A stretch of 44,817 nucleotides of DNA from Candidatus Falkowbacteria bacterium (GCA_016432645.1 CP066698.1:86245-131061), one strand, 5' to 3'; positions 29,531 to 37,847 are shown, counted from the stretch's first letter. Numbers and translations: made by a program. Notes: generated from the sequence alone by a model not told the origin.

Positions 29531-30049
29531 ATGCCCTTCATTAATAATTTATATCTTAAATTTAAAAATTTTTTTTCGGTGCAGTGGCCTAGTTTATTCG
29601 CCGTCTGTGAGAAACGGAAATCAGTGCTTAAATTTATTTTTGCCGGTTCCTCCGCGGCGGCCGTGGATTTAATTTTTCTGTATCTTTTCCATGGCGCTTT
29701 TAAATGGGGTTTGGTCTTATCCACCAGTTTAGCCTTTATCCTGTCATTTGTCGTCAGCTTTACACTGCAGAAATTTTGGACCTTCCGCAATTATAGCCAG
29801 AAGAAGATTCCTGTCCAGTTCGTACTATACATCGCCAACGCTTTTATCGGCTTGAATTTGAATGGGTTTTTAATGCATTATTTTGTTAACAAATTAAATA
29901 TCTGGTATCTGCTCGCTCAAATTTTTGTTAACGTTTTAATCGGTTTCTACAATTTCTTTATTTATAAATTTATCGTTTTTAGAAAACACTCAGATGAAAT
30001 TAATCGCCCGCAAGAAACAACTGCAGCAAGCACCGGAGATTTGGCTTAG
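29531..30049 (+). CDS. GtrA family membrane protein
   Basis: LKFIFAGSSAAAVDL, SFTLQKFWTF, four TM helices, YKFIVF. Confidence 0.85.
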   Translation: MPFINNLYLKFKNFFSVQWPSLFAVCEKRKSVLKFIFAGSSAAAVDLIFLYLFHGAFKWGLVLSTSLAFILSFVVSFTLQKFWTFRNYSQKKIPVQFVLYIANAFIGLNLNGFLMHYFVNKLNIWYLLAQIFVNVLIGFYNFFIYKFIVFRKHSDEINRPQETTAASTGDLA

Positions 30050-30323
30050 AAACGCCGGTTACGCCTTTATTCCTGAAAAAGCTGAGGGCCAGCGCAGTTT
30101 TGCGCGGCGTTTGACGCGCGATTTTTACCCCCGCTTCCATATCTATTTTGTGGAACGCCAAGATTCTAAAGGGGAGGAATTCGTTGTCTTTAACCTCCAT
30201 TTGGACCAGAAGCGCCCCGGATATGAGGGTCAGAGCCGCCATAATGCCGAATATGAGGGCGAAGTAGTGGAAAACGAGGCCCAGCGCCTCAATAGCCTGC
30301 TATTGCCGGAATTTATGGCCTAG
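29994..30323 (+). CDS. Hypothetical protein, CPR-type
   Basis: 109 aa with FYPRFHIY and LHLDQKRPGY..HNAEYEG. Overlaps the GtrA 3' end by 56 nt. Confidence 0.7.
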   Translation: MKLIARKKQLQQAPEIWLRNAGYAFIPEKAEGQRSFARRLTRDFYPRFHIYFVERQDSKGEEFVVFNLHLDQKRPGYEGQSRHNAEYEGEVVENEAQRLNSLLLPEFMA

Positions 30324-30354
30324 GCTAAGCTTAAGAGTCAGCCAATTGAAATAT

Positions 30355-32199
30355 ATGTCCGATAGCGAAGAAGTCAAGGCAAAATTGGATATTGTGGAAG
30401 TTATCCGGGAATATGTCCCGGTAAAGGCGGTTGGTGCCAACTTTCAAGCGGTCTGTCCTTTCCATAACGAAAAGACGCCGTCTTTTGTAATTTCGCCGGA
30501 TAAGCAGATTTGGCATTGTTTCGGCTGCGGCCGGGGCGGCGATGTTTTATCTTTTGTGATGGAAAAAGAGAACATGAGTTTTATCGAAGCCCTGAGAATG
30601 TTGGCGGCTAAAGCGGGGGTTGTTTTAAAACATGAAAATCCGGAAAAAAATTCTAAGCGCAGCCGCTTGTTAGACATTATGGAAATTGCCGGTAAATATT
30701 ATGCGCATGTTTTAAAATCGCCGGTCGGCATTAAAGCGCGCGACTATTTGCTGGCGCGCGGTTTAAAATCGGAAACCATTGAAGATTGGCGCTTGGGTTA
30801 TAGTCCGGATTCCTGGAGTTCGCTGTATGATTTTTTGCGCGCTCGGCCTTTAATCGGAAAAAAATATACCGATGAAGAAATTATGGCCGCCGGTTTAATT
30901 ATCCGCAAAGAACAAAGCGGTACGGGTCGTAATTATTATGACCGTTTTCGCGACCGCGTGATGTTTCCGATTTGGGATGTGAATAATAATATTGTCGCCT
31001 TTACCGCCCGCATCAATCCCGAAAAAGAAAAAACCGAGAAGATGGGGAAGTATATTAATAGCCCGCAGACCGAAGTGTATGATAAGAGTCGAGTTTTGTT
31101 TGCGCTTAATAAAGCGAAGGGGGCCATTAAAAAAATGGGCTATGCAATTGTGGTTGAAGGCCAGATGGATGCGATTAGCTGCCATAACCATGGTTTTGAT
31201 AATGTTGTTGCTTCTTCGGGAACGGCGCTCACCACGGAACAGATAACGCTTATCAAAAGATTTACCAATAATTTAATTTTGTCCTTTGATATGGACGATG
31301 CCGGCCAAATGGCGGCCGACCGGGGAATTAAGGAAGCCCTGGCGCAGAAAATGAATTTGAAAGTCATCACTTTGCCATATGGCAAAGACCCGGACGAATG
31401 TTTAAAAAATAATCCGGCTGATTTTAAACAAGCCGTGATTGATGCCCAGCCGATGCTCCAATATTATTTTCAAAAAGTGAGCGCCGGTTTAGATTTGAAT
31501 CAACTAGATAATAAGCTTACTGTCCGCGATAAGATGTTTGGGATGATTTCTCTCGTTGAAGATAAGCCGGAACAGGGCTATTGGCTCAAAAAAATCTCCG
31601 AAGAACTGGATTTTTCCGAAACCGATATCCGCGAAGAATTTGCCAAGTGGCAGGCGGCCAAGAAACCGGAACTAAGCCGCGGCGTGAGCGTCGATAGTCA
31701 GCAAGAGGCACCTAGTCTGAAGCCTTTGGTCCGTGAAGAATTGCTGTCGGAATTATTTCTCTCGCTAATTATCAAGTTCCCGGAGTTCATCGGCTATAGT
31801 TTAAATAGCCTAGACCCCGACCAAGTCTATCCGGCAGAAAACGTCAGGTTTTACAAGACCTTAATTATCTATTATAATAAATCTGCCTCCTTAGATTATA
31901 ATGATTTTCGCCAATATTTAACTGAAAATGAGGAAGGACTGGACAATTTCCTGGATAAGTTGATTTTACTGGGCGAAAAGGATTATTATGCCCATACCCC
32001 GGAAGAAGCCAAGTCGGAAATTATTAAGGTTGTGATGGAATTAAAACGTTATTTTTATCAGAAGAAAATAAAAAGTTTAGAGAAGGAAATCGCTCAAGCT
32101 GAAAAAATCGAAAATTCGGAGATTGGCGGCGGCGAGACTATGACTCGGTTGATGTCGGAATTAAAAAATTCGGCGGAAGAGTTAAAAAAGCTAATTTAA
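30355..32199 (+). CDS. dnaG: DNA primase
   Basis: [56 protein letters not shown] 30355. Confidence 0.98.
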   Translation: MSDSEEVKAKLDIVEVIREYVPVKAVGANFQAVCPFHNEKTPSFVISPDKQIWHCFGCGRGGDVLSFVMEKENMSFIEALRMLAAKAGVVLKHENPEKNSKRSRLLDIMEIAGKYYAHVLKSPVGIKARDYLLARGLKSETIEDWRLGYSPDSWSSLYDFLRARPLIGKKYTDEEIMAAGLIIRKEQSGTGRNYYDRFRDRVMFPIWDVNNNIVAFTARINPEKEKTEKMGKYINSPQTEVYDKSRVLFALNKAKGAIKKMGYAIVVEGQMDAISCHNHGFDNVVASSGTALTTEQITLIKRFTNNLILSFDMDDAGQMAADRGIKEALAQKMNLKVITLPYGKDPDECLKNNPADFKQAVIDAQPMLQYYFQKVSAGLDLNQLDNKLTVRDKMFGMISLVEDKPEQGYWLKKISEELDFSETDIREEFAKWQAAKKPELSRGVSVDSQQEAPSLKPLVREELLSELFLSLIIKFPEFIGYSLNSLDPDQVYPAENVRFYKTLIIYYNKSASLDYNDFRQYLTENEEGLDNFLDKLILLGEKDYYAHTPEEAKSEIIKVVMELKRYFYQKKIKSLEKEIAQAEKIENSEIGGGETMTRLMSELKNSAEELKKLI

Positions 32200-32204
32200 A
32201 TCAT

Positions 32205-33566
32205 ATGGCTAAAAAACAGCCAAAAAAGTTGTCTAAACCACAACCTAAAAAAATGATAAACAAATCTAAAAATAAAAGTGCAGCCCCCAAGGCGGCCAAA
32301 ACTGTTAAGGCCGTGAAAAAAGCCGCGCCCAAGAAAGTGCTGCCTAAAGCCAAGGCCAAAATAGTTAAAAAAGCGCCGGCCAAAAAAGCCGTGAAAGCGC
32401 CAAAGAAAGTGGTCAAAGCTTCGCGCCCGATTAAAGTTAAGGCGCCGGCCGCTCCGAAAGAAGTCGTTAAGCCGACCGAAGCGCAGCTGCAAAAATTAAT
32501 TGATAAGGGACGCATGCGCGGCTTTGTAACGGAAACCGAATTATTATATTTATTCCCGGAGATTGAAGAATACGTTTATGAATACGATGTCTTTTTGGGC
32601 GACTTGCAAAAGAATGGCGTCCGCATTGCCGAAGATTCCGGCCGCATTTTAGATACCGCCGAAAAGAAAGCCCAGGAACCGGTTTTAACCGGCCGCGCGC
32701 TGGCTCAGCAAAATGCCATGCAGGTTGATTTGTCCAAGTTAAGCGCCGACTCTATCCAGATGTATTTGAAAGAAATCGGTAAAGTCCCGCTGTTAACCGG
32801 CGAAGAAGAAACTGAACTCGCCAAGCGCAAAGAAAAGGGCGATAAGGAAGCGGAAAAGAAAATTATTGAAGCCAATTTAAGATTAGTCGTTTCTATCGCC
32901 AAGAAATTTGCCGGCGCTAAAGGCATGAGCTTATTAGATTTAATTCAAGAAGGGAATATTGGTTTATTTAGAGCGGTGGAAAAATTTGAATATCGCAAAG
33001 GTTTTAAATTTTCCACCTACGCGACTTGGTGGATTCGCCAAGCAATCACCCGCGCGCTTGCCGATCAATCGCGCACGATTCGCATCCCGGTGCACATGGT
33101 GGAAACTATCAACAAGTTCCAACAAGTGCAGCGCAACTTAATCCAAGAATTGGGCCGCGAACCGATGGCTGATGAAATCGCCGCCGAGATGGGCGAAGAA
33201 CTGGAGAAGGTTAGATATATCATGAAGATTTCTCAAGATACCATTTCTTTAGAAACAACCATCGGCGATGATGAGGAAGATTCAACTTTGGAAGATTTTA
33301 TTGAAGACGTAAAGAACGTGACCCCGGATAGAGCGGCTGCTTTGCAATTATTAAAAGACTACGTTAAAAATATTGTCGCCCAACTTTCCCCGCGCGAACA
33401 GAAGATTTTAGAGATGCGCTTCGGTTTAGTTGACGGCGTGGCTCATACTTTGGAAGAAGTCGGCCAGGAATTTGAAGTTACTCGTGAACGTATCCGTCAA
33501 ATTGAATCTAAGGCCTTGGAGAAGATTCGGAAGTTTAAGGGTTTGGAAAAACTAAGAGACTACTAA
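32205..33566 (+). CDS. rpoD: Primary sigma70 factor with Lys/Ala/Pro-rich N-terminal extension
   Basis: [56 protein letters not shown]. Follows dnaG. Confidence 0.97.
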   Translation: MAKKQPKKLSKPQPKKMINKSKNKSAAPKAAKTVKAVKKAAPKKVLPKAKAKIVKKAPAKKAVKAPKKVVKASRPIKVKAPAAPKEVVKPTEAQLQKLIDKGRMRGFVTETELLYLFPEIEEYVYEYDVFLGDLQKNGVRIAEDSGRILDTAEKKAQEPVLTGRALAQQNAMQVDLSKLSADSIQMYLKEIGKVPLLTGEEETELAKRKEKGDKEAEKKIIEANLRLVVSIAKKFAGAKGMSLLDLIQEGNIGLFRAVEKFEYRKGFKFSTYATWWIRQAITRALADQSRTIRIPVHMVETINKFQQVQRNLIQELGREPMADEIAAEMGEELEKVRYIMKISQDTISLETTIGDDEEDSTLEDFIEDVKNVTPDRAAALQLLKDYVKNIVAQLSPREQKILEMRFGLVDGVAHTLEEVGQEFEVTRERIRQIESKALEKIRKFKGLEKLRDY

Positions 33567-33580
33567 AAATAGTTAAGAAT

Positions 33581-34057
33581 ATGAACAAGGCAATCAAAGT
33601 TGGCGTGGGTTTTGGTTTAACTTCGGCGACAATTACGACTCTCGGACTTATTATCGGTCTCGATGCTGGTACTGGTTCTAAATTGGCGGTGGCGGCTGGT
33701 ATCTTGACGATTGCCGTGGCCGATTCATTTTCGGACGCGCTCGGTGTCCATATCGCCAAGGAATCGGAAGGGAATTTTAGCGAGCGCGAAATTTGGCAGG
33801 CAACGATTTTTACTTTTTTATGTAAGTTTTTCTTTGCGCTTACTTTCTTAATCCCGGTTTTGCTGCTACCGGAAGGCTGGGCAATTATCACGGCCATTGC
33901 TTGGGGAATCCTGATGCTAGTTGTTTTAAATTATCAAGTTGCTAAAGCGAGTAAGCAGAAGCCTTTAACCGTCATTTTTGAACATGTATTTATCGCCGTT
34001 ATGGTTATCGTCTTAAGTCGTGGCGCCGGATTACTGATTGGGAGATTGTTGGGATAA
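33581..34057 (+). CDS. VIT1/CCC1 family membrane transporter
   Basis: FGLTSATITTLGLIIG, IAVADSFSDALG..ESE, five hydrophobic segments. Confidence 0.75.
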   Translation: MNKAIKVGVGFGLTSATITTLGLIIGLDAGTGSKLAVAAGILTIAVADSFSDALGVHIAKESEGNFSEREIWQATIFTFLCKFFFALTFLIPVLLLPEGWAIITAIAWGILMLVVLNYQVAKASKQKPLTVIFEHVFIAVMVIVLSRGAGLLIGRLLG

Positions 34058-34078
34058 AATATTAAAATTTTTGCCAAG

Positions 34079-34113
34079 AAAAAAACCGCTTCGGAAAAGG
34101 GAAGCGGCTTTTT
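34079..34113. terminator. Bidirectional intrinsic terminator between convergent genes
   Basis: A-run, CCGCTTC stem, 8-nt loop, GAAGCGG, then a T-run. Confidence 0.7.
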
Positions 34114-34125
34114 GTTTTTTGGCAG

Positions 34126-34419
34126 TTATTTTTTAACGGCCTTAGGGGCTAAACTGAGAGCGGCGGCAAAAGCGATTTTTGCTAGCGCGGCGAAGCAGGA
34201 AAGAGCTAGGAGCCCAGTTTTTAAAATGGCTAAGAGTAACCATTTCACAAACTTCGCGTGAGCAAATAATTCAGTGGCGCCAATTCGCCAAGGGTCAGAA
34301 GCTTTAAGCTTTTGTGCCCATTTCGGCACGCCAATCAGTTTTAGATTGTTAAGAGCCTTTAAGGGGCTCAACAAGAGTAAAAGAACGAGAATTGCGACTA
34401 AAAGTGATGTAGTATCCAT
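34126..34419 (-). CDS. Small cationic, hydrophobic membrane-associated protein
   Basis: 97 aa. Preceded by a consensus promoter and followed by a terminator, which supports a real transcription unit. Confidence 0.65.
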   Translation of the reverse strand: MDTTSLLVAILVLLLLLSPLKALNNLKLIGVPKWAQKLKASDPWRIGATELFAHAKFVKWLLLAILKTGLLALSCFAALAKIAFAAALSLAPKAVKK

Positions 34420-34445
34420 TGTTGAGTTTTTAATGTTCTGGGAGC

Positions 34446-34474
34446 ATTATAACACATTTTCTTGTAAATGTCAA
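34446..34474 (-). promoter_or_regulatory. Consensus sigma70 promoter
   Basis: Minus strand TTGACA (34474-34469), 17-nt spacer, TG-n-TATAAT (34451-34446). Confidence 0.85.
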
Positions 34475-34504
34475 TTATAAGGAAATGTAGTTGTTATTGC
34501 TAAG

Positions 34505-34532
34505 TTGACATACTGACCAGATTTGATATCAT
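34505..34532 (+). promoter_or_regulatory. Sigma70 promoter for pre-tRNA-Asn
   Basis: TTGACA (34505-34510), 16-nt spacer, TG-n-TATCAT (34527-34532), about 90 nt upstream of the tRNA. Confidence 0.65.
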
Positions 34533-34672
34533 ATTAGTAAATATTTCTGGTTGAAATATTTTGTTTTTGTAGGAGCGGATTAATATTTTTATATTGAATC
34601 CGTGAGCCACAATTTAATATTCCCGGGTAGCGCAGCGGTAGCGCAGTTGGCTGTGAACACATTTTTATTTTT

Positions 34673-34681
34673 TGCTATAAT
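34673..34681 (+). promoter_or_regulatory. Intron-internal extended -10 element, putative leaderless promoter of the HNH ORF
   Basis: TG-C-TATAAT ends at 34681, with exactly 6 nt before ATG 34688. No recognisable -35. Confidence 0.5.
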
Positions 34682-34687
34682 ATTATT

Positions 34688-34996
34688 ATGACAAAAGATA
34701 AAAGAAAATATGCCGATCGTGCCGAATATTTAAAGGCAGCGGTTGATAGGAGGCGAAAGCAAGTCCGTCAATTAGCCATTGAATATAAGGGCGGTGAATG
34801 TTCCATTTGCGGTTATAGCAAGTGTTTTAAAGCGCTTGAATTTCATCATCTTGATTCTTCTAAGAAAGACTTTGGCATCTCTGCCAAAGGATATACTAGA
34901 AGTTGGGAGGTGATAAAAAAAGAGCTCGATAAATGCATCTTGGTATGCGCAAATTGTCATCGTGAAATTCACGAAGGTATCACGCAGCCCCTTTGA
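34688..34996 (+). CDS. Intron-encoded HNH endonuclease, zinc-finger type; putative homing endonuclease
   Basis: 102 aa with CSICGY..C..ALEFHH...CILVCANCHREIH. Lies wholly inside the intron, between the 5' splice site and the IGS. Confidence 0.88.
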   Translation: MTKDKRKYADRAEYLKAAVDRRRKQVRQLAIEYKGGECSICGYSKCFKALEFHHLDSSKKDFGISAKGYTRSWEVIKKELDKCILVCANCHREIHEGITQPL

Positions 34997-35275
34997 GTAA
35001 TCAAAGGGTGAAAACGAGGTGAACTGTCTGGAAGCCTAAGTCGCAAGATATGGTAATCAGCAGCCAAGCCCTGACTTGTCAGGGAAGGTTCAGAGACTAT
35101 CCCGAAAGGGAGTAGGCCCGTCAAGGAGACGGCCCGAAGCGCCTCGCATCCGTAATTTGCGGATGATGATATAGTCCACTCCACTCAGAAATTAGTGGGT
35201 AAGTGTAACCAATTGGTCGTCGGTTCGAATCCGACCCCGGGAGCAAAGCGATCCGTTTCGGATCAACTCTTATAG

Positions 35276-35309
35276 AAAAACAAACGAGATTGCTCTCGTT
35301 TGTTTTTTT
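35276..35309 (+). terminator. Intrinsic terminator of the pre-tRNA
   Basis: Perfect 14-bp inverted repeat AAAAACAAACGAGA-TTGC-TCTCGTTTGTTTTT followed by further Ts. Confidence 0.75.
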
Positions 35310-35331
35310 ATTAACTATATTAAATAAATTT

Positions 35332-36168
35332 ATGCCAGTCCCTACATATGATGAAATGTATAATCCATTACTTAAAGCAATGCGCGCTTTGGGTGGTTCT
35401 AGTTCAAATTCAGAATTAGATGATAAAGTCGCTGAAATCTTGGGGTTATCAGAGGAGGAAATAAATGCAATTCACGTTGGCAACAGAACGCGATTAAGTT
35501 ACAGAATGGCTTGGGCAAGAAATTATCTAAAAAGATATGGTCTTTTGGAAAATTCAGCGAGAGGTGTCTGGGCACTAACTTTAAAAGGTAAGAAAACGGA
35601 CACGGTTGATAAAATTGAGGTAAATAAATATGTAAAAGGATTAGATAAAAAATTAGAAACTGTCGAGGAAAAAGTTGAAGAAGGAAAAGTGCTGGGTGAT
35701 GAAGAAGTGCTATGGCAAGATGAACTTATAGAGGAATTATTAAAAATGGATCCATCTGCGTTTGAAAGATTATGCCAGAGAATGCTTAGGGAAAGTGGAT
35801 TTATTCAAGTAGAGGTTACTGGAAGATCTGGAGATGGAGGAATAGATGGTAATGGCATTTTAAAAGTAAATGGGTTTATAAGTTTTTTTGTTACTTTTCA
35901 ATGCAAACGATATAAGGGAAGTGTTCCGCCTAAAGAGATTAGAGATTTTAGAGGCGCTTCAATTGGAAGGTCGGAAAAGGGTTTATTTATTACAACAGGA
36001 ACGTTTACTCGTGACGCGAAAGCAGAGGCCGTGAGAGAAGGGGCTCCAAGAATAGATTTAGTTGATGGAGAGATGTTAGCTGAAAAATTAAAAGAATTAA
36101 GGCTTGGCATTGATGTTGAGATGGAAGAAGCAGTGACGATTGATAAAAAGTGGTTTGAAAATTTTTAA
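35332..36168 (+). CDS. mrr: Mrr family type IV restriction endonuclease
   Basis: Mrr N-terminal winged helix (PTYDEMYNPLL..WARNYLKRYGLLE..RGVWALT). Catalytic domain FERLC..GDGGIDG..QCKRY..GLFITTGTF. ATG 35332, because TTG 35290 lies inside the terminator. Confidence 0.92.
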   Translation: MPVPTYDEMYNPLLKAMRALGGSSSNSELDDKVAEILGLSEEEINAIHVGNRTRLSYRMAWARNYLKRYGLLENSARGVWALTLKGKKTDTVDKIEVNKYVKGLDKKLETVEEKVEEGKVLGDEEVLWQDELIEELLKMDPSAFERLCQRMLRESGFIQVEVTGRSGDGGIDGNGILKVNGFISFFVTFQCKRYKGSVPPKEIRDFRGASIGRSEKGLFITTGTFTRDAKAEAVREGAPRIDLVDGEMLAEKLKELRLGIDVEMEEAVTIDKKWFENF

Positions 36169-36178
36169 TAGATAAGAT

Positions 36179-37837
36179 ATGACAAAATCTAAAAATGAAA
36201 ATTTCTCTTTTGAGATTTCTTTAAGTGTGTTAGACCATTTAGGAAGAAATCTTTATAGAAGTTTTGTTACCGTGTTAGGTGAAGCTATTTCAAATTCTTG
36301 GGATGCAGATGCTCGCAATGTTAGAATTTATATTGATAAATCTAAAAATAGCTTTGTTATTATTGATGACGGAGATGGAATGACAAGTGACGATTTTCAA
36401 AATAAATTTTTAAGAATTGGTTATTCAAAAAGAAAAAATGGTAGTTCAATGTCAAAAAATCAGCGCCCATTTATAGGAAGAAAAGGTATCGGGAAACTGG
36501 CCCTGCTTTCTTGTGCAGATGAAATAACAATAGCTTCTAAAGTAAAAGGTGGAAGTTATGTAGGGGGCGTAATAAATAATAAAGGACTTGATAAAGCAAT
36601 CACAGATGACAGGGCGCCACAGGAATATGAGCTTGGTGTTTTAGATGTTGTTAAATTGAAAAAATTTACAAATAAACATAAAAAGGGAACAGTTTTATAT
36701 TTTAAAGGATTAAAAGATGAAATAAAAAATAACATTGATTATTTAAAAAAGATTGTTGCATTATATTTTCGTTTTTCTTTACTTGATAGTACGTTTAATA
36801 TATTCATAAATGATGAAAAAATAACTTATAAACATCTAAATGATTTATCTAAAAAAACAGAATTTTTATGGGAAACAGATGGAAATAAAGACCCTTTTGT
36901 ACGACAAGGGTTAAAATTTTTAAAAGAAGAGAAAAGAATAAAAATCGGAAGTGGAATTAATGGTTTTATTGCATCAGTGGATAAACCAAGAGATTTAAAT
37001 GTGTTATCAACTGGTGAGCGTGTTAGTATTGATTTATTTGTTAATGGAAGGCTAAGAGAAAAAGACATATTAAAACATATTCCTACGGCACGTATAGCAG
37101 AGAGTTATCTTTATGGCCAAATTCATTTTGATAACTTGGATGATAATGACAAAGATAGATTTACAAGCAGTCGAGAGAATGTTGTAGCGGATGATCCAAA
37201 ATATAAGGAATTTTTAGTAGAGTTCAAAAAAACAATTGAGGGGGTTATTAAAGACTGGGACACTTGGAGGATAAAAAACAGAAAAGATGGTAATCCAGAA
37301 AATGAAGATATTTTAAAACGTGATAGAAAATCTTTAGAATTGTACAATGTTGTATCCGGAGAATATATTCCGCCAAAGGGTTCGGCTAAGAAAAGTTTAA
37401 TAGATGAGTGGGTTGATAGTTTAGCTAATGATGCAAAATATAATTTTTCTTCATATGCAGAGTGCTTTATATCCGAAAATCTTATTAGGAAGTACATTGG
37501 AAATAAAAAAATAAAAATGACTGAAGAAGCAGAAAGGGAAATAAAAAAATGGAAAGATATTGAAAAACAGAATAAAGGGGCCGGCAATATAAGTATTAAA
37601 ATTAGAAATAGTGAAACTGGGTTAGGTTATTTATCAATGACAGATTTATCTGCTTTAGTAGATAAAAAGGGAAGAGATAAGCTTAAAGAAGCCTCGCTTT
37701 TTAGAGATGCGACAGAGTATAAGCCAATAAGAGATGCGTTGGCGCATACGGCATTATTAACTGATGCGGCTAAAAGCAAATTGACATCCGTTTATAACAA
37801 CATTAAAGAAAGAGTCAATGTGTTAATTTCAAAATAA
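36179..37837 (+). CDS. GHKL (MORC/MutL-like) ATPase with putative C-terminal HEPN domain
   Basis: E35-x3-N39 (EAISNSWDAD), DDGDGM, GRKGIGK. S5-like region LFVNGRL/SYLYGQIHFD. C-terminal ENLIRKYI..YLSMTDL..R518-DALA-H523. Confidence 0.8.
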   Translation: MTKSKNENFSFEISLSVLDHLGRNLYRSFVTVLGEAISNSWDADARNVRIYIDKSKNSFVIIDDGDGMTSDDFQNKFLRIGYSKRKNGSSMSKNQRPFIGRKGIGKLALLSCADEITIASKVKGGSYVGGVINNKGLDKAITDDRAPQEYELGVLDVVKLKKFTNKHKKGTVLYFKGLKDEIKNNIDYLKKIVALYFRFSLLDSTFNIFINDEKITYKHLNDLSKKTEFLWETDGNKDPFVRQGLKFLKEEKRIKIGSGINGFIASVDKPRDLNVLSTGERVSIDLFVNGRLREKDILKHIPTARIAESYLYGQIHFDNLDDNDKDRFTSSRENVVADDPKYKEFLVEFKKTIEGVIKDWDTWRIKNRKDGNPENEDILKRDRKSLELYNVVSGEYIPPKGSAKKSLIDEWVDSLANDAKYNFSSYAECFISENLIRKYIGNKKIKMTEEAEREIKKWKDIEKQNKGAGNISIKIRNSETGLGYLSMTDLSALVDKKGRDKLKEASLFRDATEYKPIRDALAHTALLTDAAKSKLTSVYNNIKERVNVLISK

Positions 37838-37847
37838 ATTTAATCAC

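Larger units (their letters stand above)
34655..35205 (+). ncRNA. Group I self-splicing intron, subgroup IA-like, 551 nt, at tRNA position 35/36
   Basis: 5' exon ends in U and the intron ends in G. IGS GCAGCC (34984-34989) pairs with exon GGCUGU, giving the U.G wobble. P3 CGAGGUG (35015-21)/CGCCUCG (35140-46). Q AAUCAGCAG (35055-63), R GUUCAGAGACUA (35088-99), S GAUAUAGUCC (35168-77). P7.1 (35100-11), P7.2 (35115-34), P8 (35147-65), P9 (35181-98). Confidence 0.92.
34621..35243 (+). tRNA. tRNA-Asn(GUU) split by a group I intron; exons 34621-34654 and 35206-35243
   Basis: Joined exons give TCCCGGG-TA-GCGC-AGCGGTA-GCGC-A-GTTGG-CTGTTAA-CCAAT-TGGTC-GTCGG-TTCGAAT-CCGAC-CCCGGGA-G. Complete cloverleaf, anticodon GTT, discriminator G, CCA not encoded. 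Confidence 0.93.

Noticed and set aside
34575-34603. Hairpin GCGGATTAATAT/ATATTGAATCCGT in the pre-tRNA leader as a separate ncRNA
   Set aside because: A single AT-rich stem with no other supporting features. More likely ordinary leader structure.
34769-35184. Minus-strand ORFs 34772-34972 and 34969-35184 over the intron
   Set aside because: They are antisense to the HNH ORF and ribozyme core, and the sequence is fully explained by those.
35244-35246. Encoded CCA end of tRNA-Asn
   Set aside because: The sequence after discriminator G is CAA, so CCA must be added after transcription.
35290-35331. TTG start for Mrr as given in the ORF track
   Set aside because: It lies inside the tRNA terminator hairpin. 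The Mrr-like sequence begins at ATG 35332.
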